A stretch of 64,000 nt of DNA from Eledone cirrhosa (Eukaryota). Of the stretch, positions 57,954 to 64,000 are shown one piece after another (position 1 is the first letter of the stretch; each line of letters starts with the position of its first letter). The translations under genes and the position numbers were made by a program. Location of the stretch: contig OZ024740.1 in NCBI GenBank assembly GCA_964016885.1, positions 341,992,001 through 342,056,000 of the forward strand, given 5' to 3'. Below the pieces are notes generated by a model that was given only the letters and a program-made list of their open reading frames with translations, ran no database searches and was not told the origin of the DNA.

Positions 57954-58324
57954 TATAAAGGTTGAGCAATGAAAACAAAAAAGGCATGGTTTAATTATTA
58001 ATTTATCGTTTCACAATCATTTCAAATGGAAAAAATGAACCAGGATATTATTGATATATTGACTAATCAATACCAGTTATGTAATTCCATAGTATTAACC
58101 TCAATAAAATACATCCATTCTATAGTTCATCCTCAAGATGTATAAATATATATATATATATATATATATACATAAATATGTATGTATGTATATATATATA
58201 AACATGGGCAGAGGTGGTGAGAACTGATCTCAGATCACTGAAGCTCACAGAGGAGATGCTGTGCTGAAGAGGAGCCATCGCACCCTTGCAAGCAAGGAAA
58301 AGCAGACATGAAATGATGATGATG

Positions 58325-58362
<38 letters not shown>

Positions 58363-58680
58363 ATCAATAAGAAAGACGGTTTTGTTCCTACATCCCTATT
58401 ATTTTATTATACGTATCGCTGAATTGAATAACACGTATGACTGGTAACATATCAATGGAACTTTACATCTCGTTTGGATATTTGTTTGAAGAGAACACGT
58501 AGGGCAGTTGTTATACAACTGTCTTACGTCTTTGAAATATGTATAACAAAATAAATAGGTATGTATGAATAAAACCGTCTTTCTTGTTTATTATATAATA
58601 AAACTCCGGATGAATGAAAACCGTGGAGTGCTTCACATCTGTTAACGAAAAGTCGACAGATTTTCAATCAACCAACTTTT
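57622..58680. repeat. Related ~170-300-bp repeat termini in direct and inverted arrangement (57622-57785, 58358-58680)
   Basis: aataataaacaagaaagacg... is repeated at ~58358 and inverted at ~58420-58595. A PLE-terminus origin is inferred. Confidence 0.6.
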
Positions 58681-58715
58681 TCAATTGAATAAATATATAT
58701 ATATATATATATATA

Positions 58716-59307
58716 CTAGCAGATGTACTCGGCGTTGCTCGGGAAATGAATGACAGCCTGTTTGTCCGTATAAAGAGAGCCAAAGGTTGAGCAAAGAATC
58801 AAAATTTAATTGTAAAAAAAAGTTTAACAAAATGGGTGTACAGTGACATGATTGAGTGAAATAAACGGCAACATAAAAACAATTCATGGGGTAGCTTAAG
58901 TTAATTGACGTGAATGATTTCAGGTCCGGCCTTGCTGTAGTAGGTATGAGTAAGGGGATAAAGATGGAATAGACGCACCGTATGTCCTTCAGTAGACTAA
59001 ACCCTATGTGTAAGATGGCGCTGCCACTACCACGTTGACCATACACTGGACATAGAAATATCATTCCTTGAAGCAAATCGGCCTAGTACTTCAAAAGTTA
59101 AAAGGAGCCTAGTATTTGTACAAAAAATCGCTTTTTCGGCCCCAATATCGATTTTATCGATTTTTTTCAAATTTGTCTTTTGTCCAAAACCTGCTCTGGC
59201 ATATAAGCAATATGTGTGCCAAATTTGGTTGAAATCGGCCTAGTACTTCAAAAGTTAAAAAGAGCCTAGTATTTGTACACAGACAGACACACACAGAGAC
59301 CGACTTG

Positions 59308-59320
<13 letters not shown>
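58716..59320 (-). mobile_element. Non-autonomous Helitron-like element
   Basis: Minus-strand 3' end cccgagcaacgccgag...CTAG|T; 5' tataaaag..tctctgtgtgtgtctg; internal ~50-bp direct repeat. Confidence 0.75.
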
Positions 59321-59349
<29 letters not shown>

Positions 59350-59360
59350 AATATGTATGT

Positions 59361-59660
59361 CATCATCATCATCATCATCAACGTTTAACGTCCGTGTTCC
59401 ACGCTTGCATGGGTTTGGACGGGGGTAGTCCCACTTGAGGCAAGAGTGATTGTCTTGCTCGCATAGGACTGTCTGGCAGGTTTTCTACAGTTGGATGCCC
59501 TTCCTAACACCAACCACATTTACAGTGTGGGTCTGGGAGGTTTTTACCGTGTTGCCTACACGGCCACATTACAGCGTGGACTGTGTGTTTTTTTGTCGTG
59601 ACACCTACACGATCTCATTTGTTTCGGCCTCGATGGCGCGGCACCAACATAACTTTACAT
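59361..59660 (-). mobile_element. RTE 3' tail; others at ~29765-30055, 52280-52500, 63170-63342 and 63775-64000
   Basis: (CAT)n-cgtttaacgtcc...ggatgcccttcctaacaccaaccac. Confidence 0.85.
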
Positions 59661-59881
59661 AGAACGGGGTGGTGTGGATTATATTCTCTTTCTGTCTTCA
59701 GTCATTTGACTGTTGCCATTGCTGGATACCACATTAAAGAGATTTCTTTTTTTAAATCTGTCACTCATTTTACCACTAAGTTATGGGCTGTTCACCATTT
59801 CTAAATGTACACAATGTGTGATTCCAAATAATACCACATATTCACATATTTTAATGTATTTTTCTTTTATATTATTTTCAG

Positions 59882-59989
59882 AATTTAAAGCCATTTGCCA
59901 TTATTGTCTTCATGAAACGAAAGGTCCTCAATGTGATAATTGCCACAAGGTGGCTTTGCAGTGTGCAGTCTGCCAAATTGGAGTGCGAG
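59882..59989 (+). CDS. WDR59: WDR59 exon (108 nt, phase 1 to 1), EFKAICHYCLHETKGPQCDNCHKVALQCAVCQIGVRG; start of the C-terminal zinc-binding/RING region
   Basis: ttttcag acceptor and G|gtaatg donor. Cys spacing matches recalled human EFGVYCSHCRSEVRGTQCAICKGFTFQCAICHVAVRG. Confidence 0.93.
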
Positions 59990-60455
59990 GTAATGGCTCA
60001 TCTCTTTGCACTTTCACTTTGCTCTTTCCTCATCTAGAACAATCAATATGTTATATTAAAGAATTAATTCTTTCAATACCAAACCTCTTGAAACTGTACC
60101 ATGTTCTACAATACAAAGCTGAATATTTTAACCCCTTAGCATTTAAATTGGCCTATCCAGTTTAAATGTTCAAACCGGCTATAACCAACTGCTCATACTG
60201 ATGTTTAGGTATTATTCTCAAAATAAATAATATCAGAATCTCGTAGGTTCGATATAATGTGAGATAGTGTTTACTGTGAAAATACAATAGTAAATATATA
60301 GAGCGTAAAGGGTTAAAGTGTATATATTTATCTAAAAACGTTCCATTAAGATTTTGTGTAACAAAATTTGTTATGTTCCAAATAAATAATGAGAAAGTTA
60401 GTTATATTATTAAATCTCTTCAATTACTTGGTAATTTTCAAAATGATTTGAATAT

Positions 60456-63043
60456 CATCATCAGGTTGAGCTTGCTCGGCTTTCTACGACACGTTTCCTC
60501 CATCCATCTCTGTCTTTCATAGCATTTGCCAGTTCTTCCGCAGTGCATCCAGTATCGTCCTCAAGTTGCTTGACGTATATCTTCTTGGGACGACCAGCGT
60601 TTCTTGCTCCATGAAATGGACTCCATAACAACACATCACCTGCTATTTCTTCCTTGCTGCGCCAACAGATCTGAGTCTCTGTCCACGTATTGACCTGCTG
60701 ATAGGTGGTATATTGCCATAGAGATCCTTATTTGTTGGGTGTTCCCTCCAAACACGTTTAAAGCAGCGCGGAGCATACGTGTGTATGCCCCTTCTAGCTT
60801 TTTCTCCAGTTTCGTCCAACTGATAGAGCTATAAACAAGCACAGACTCCACAGAAGCTCTGAAGAAATTCTTTTTCAGTTTGGCCGGCAGGTTTGATTTC
60901 CATATATTTTCCATTGCATTCAATGCTCCCCAGGCTTTTCCCAGTCTGATGTTAACATCATGTTCTGTGGAGGCGATATAGCTACCCAGGTATTTGAAGT
61001 CGTCAACTTGCTTGATTATATCGCCGTTTAGACTTCGCATACCAACTGAGGAGTCTTGGTTCAGGCAAATATATTCTGTTTTGCGTTGACATAGAGTCCG
61101 ATTTCCTTTGCAACTGATTCAATGCTGTGAAGTAGTGATGTTGCATCCTTAAGGTAGTCAGCGAGGACCTCTAAATCATCCGCATAGTCAGCATCGGTGA
61201 TTTTCTGAGCTGCATGGCGTCTACACGTTTGCTTTGTGAGAGTGAAACCAAGCTCTAAGTTTTCGTCCAGGGCTTTTCTCAATACATAGTTGAGGCAGAT
61301 GATAAAAATATATGGTGCAAGAGTATCCCCTTGGAGTACTCCTGCAATGATGTCAAAGAAGTTGGTATCTCCATCAGGTGAGCGCACCATTGCGTGGGTG
61401 TTTTTATATAACATCATGATGGCATTTACTGTTTCCCTTAGCAAGCCGGAGGCTAGAAGTATCTCTCTCATCCTTCCACGATGGATGGAATCAAATGCTT
61501 TTGAAAAGTCAAACAGGAGAGTTGCTGGGAGGTTTTTGGCTTTTACGCCTCCCAAGATATGCCGAATTGTAAGTATTTGCCCTGATGTTGATCTGTTGGT
61601 GCGGAAGCCATTTTGGTTTTTTCTCAGCAAGGGGTCAATGACAGGTCTTATTCTGTCAAAGAGCATGAGATTGTAAATCTTTGCGGCAATTGCCATTTGT
61701 GTTATGCCACGGTAGTTTTTAGCCATTCCAAGATCGCCCTTTTTGGGAAAAGGGAGTATACATCCCTCAGTCCATTTGTCTATGGGGTCTTGATTATAGA
61801 CACCATTACACAACTCTAGTAGGATTGGGTGAAATTCAGGTACCTTCCACACTTCAGCTGGGATCTCGTCGAGTCCGCACGCTTTTGCGTTACCAATACT
61901 CTTCACTGCCTTCTGTAGTTCCTCCATAGTGAAAGGACCTTTCTGTATTTGGTGTTCCTCTGTAAAAACGGGTATTATTTCTTCTTCGATGATCTGTGGT
62001 GCTTTGCCAAGTAGGTTCTGAAAATGTTGCCACAGTTTTAAACGTTCGTCTTGGCTGGAGGCTTTCAGTTTGGCTCTGTCACTACTTTTTCTGCCACTAA
62101 TTTCATTGACAGTTTTCCAGGCTTCAGCAGACTTCTTATTGCTGACAGTACTCGAGATATGATTGATCTTTCTCTGCATGTATTCGGCTTGCTCAATTTC
62201 ATACTCACTTTTCAGTGCTGTACAAGCAACACTGAAGTTACTAATGTTTTCTGGAGATCGTTGAGTGTCTTTCAATTCTGCAGCTTTTCGCAACTCTTTG
62301 CGCTTTTGGCGTATCCTCTCTGTTTCTTAGGGTTTTCGTTTTTTAACCTTGGGTTTTAAAGGGATGGTGTCGGCCGCTGCCTCTATGAATGCCATTTGAA
62401 AGTGGTTAAATGTAGAATTTGACGATTTTGCTGGCGCAGAGTCTTGTAGGGCAGCAAATCGGTTGCTCAGTTGGGTTACAAAGGTTTTGTAAGTCTCAGG
62501 ATTGGTATTCAGAACTGCCCAGTTGTAAAGAGTAGCATTTGCAGATTTCTTTTTATCCACTCAGAGACCTAATCGTATCTTGGCCGAGTCAACACTAACA
62601 AATGAGTCATATGCTCTGCAGTTTTTTGCGCTGTTCTTCCATTTTCGATTGATTATGATATAATCCAGTTGTGCCTTGTCGCCATTTGGAGATTTGTGTT
62701 TCCACCGCTGGCCTGGTCTTTTTTGGAATATGGCGTTGAGACATCATAAATTGTTCTCACACAAGTAATCTTTTAGCATACAACCGTTTCTATTGGTTTG
62801 TGAGTGGTATGAGAATTTGAATCAATCAAGCTGTCCAAGATGCGCATTGAAGTCTCCGCCAATGCTGAGAACATTATGTTTTGGGATTTGTCTAGTGAGT
62901 GATGTTAGTTCCATGTAAAACCTCTCTACTTCGGCCATGTCACATACATTTGTTGGACTATAGCAAGAGATTACAGTGGTTTTAGGATTCCCGTTAAACG
63001 TAGCTATCATTATCCTTGATGTTATCATTTCAACACTCGAATA
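60456..63043 (-). mobile_element. 5'-truncated RTE/RTEX-like LINE of a second family, less decayed
   Basis: ISCYSPTN, GGDFNAHLG, KKGDL..NYRGI, QNGFR, DFSKAFDS, GVLQGDTLAP, DYADDL and FKYLGS motifs; (TGA)n tail; TSD ttgaatat at 60448-60455 and 63044-63051. Confidence 0.93.
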
Positions 63044-64000
63044 TTGAATATTATAATCAGTTTATCTCATTAGAAATATGGAACGAAAGGATTAATGCTT
63101 TTCAAATGATTTCTGAGCTCTTTTCAGAAATTGTTACAAATTCTTTCATACAAAACTGTTTTAAAGTGTCATCATCATCATCATCATCAACGTTTAACGT
63201 CCGTGTTCCACGCTTGCATGGGTTTGGACGGGGGTAGTCCCACTTGAGGCAAGAGTGATTGTCTTGCTCGCATAGGACTGTCTGGCAGGTTTTCTACAGT
63301 TGGATGCCCTTCCTAACACCAACCACATTTACAGTGTGGGTCATAATTAAAAATTTTAATGTATGATCCAAACACCATGCTTGCATTATATGTGACTTTT
63401 GAGGCAGATTTTTTATCCCTTTTCTCCCCATCCTGATACCAACCCATATTAAATTTTCTACCCCAAACATAAGATTTTGTTGTAATGTTTTTCTATTAAA
63501 CTACCTGGTTTTGATTTTGTTTACTTTCATTTTCAAATATCTTCCCATCTAGCTTATTGTCAGAGGACTGGTTCTGTTGTTGATATATTTCGTTTCTTGT
63601 ATTGTGATTGTCAATCCATATTCATTGAACGAACTTGCTGTAGGATGTATTACATGAGACTTAAACAAATGTTATCTGTTGCTCTGAACATTATTGATAT
63701 GTAAATGTTCATAGTTATCTCACACACATGCAGCAAGCATAGAAAATAGACATAAAACAGCGATGATGAGGATGATGATCATCATCACTGTTACATCTAT
63801 TTTTCCACTCTTGCATAGGGTAGATGGGTCGTCCACATTATGTGACAAGTCTGGCCTGTTGACCACACTGTACCTTGCTCAAATGGAACTGTATGTTAGC
63901 TGTTTTGTTTTACAGCTGGATGCCCTTCCTAACATTAACCACATATCAGTGTGGAACTGGGTGGTCCCATTATGAGGAAGGTCTGACCAGTTTTTTTCCT

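Noticed and set aside
59713-60165. 150-aa ORF as a standalone gene
   Set aside because: Only 59882-59989 is exonic; the rest is in-frame intron and MITE sequence.
61061-62293. 410-aa RT ORF as an active or domesticated gene
   Set aside because: Part of a 5'-truncated LINE with frameshifts on both sides and a TSD.

Overview
AT-rich, microsatellite-laden eukaryotic DNA. The SINE/RTE repertoire suggests a coleoid cephalopod, probably Octopus (inference). The window is almost entirely intronic sequence of one + strand gene, WDR59 (GATOR2 subunit, Sea3). Four exons are supported (11257-11314, 41103-41217, 47119-47261, 59882-59989), plus a candidate 96-nt cassette exon (25841-25936); the start and last exon appear to lie outside the window. 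The introns hold decayed RTE-clade LINEs and their 3' tails, tRNA-derived SINEs, Penelope-like element (PLE) remnants, a DD37D (maT) and a mariner remnant, non-autonomous Helitrons and several MITE families. The most notable signal is about ten type I hammerhead ribozyme cores. These include a 464-nt tandem unit with two intact-looking hammerheads and no ORF (retrozyme-like, 42893-43904) and hammerheads on the pre-mRNA sense strand. Many long fold-backs could be ADAR or small-RNA substrates. Most ORF-track entries are microsatellite artefacts. Everything was read by eye; repeat boundaries are approximate unless TSD/TIR evidence is given.
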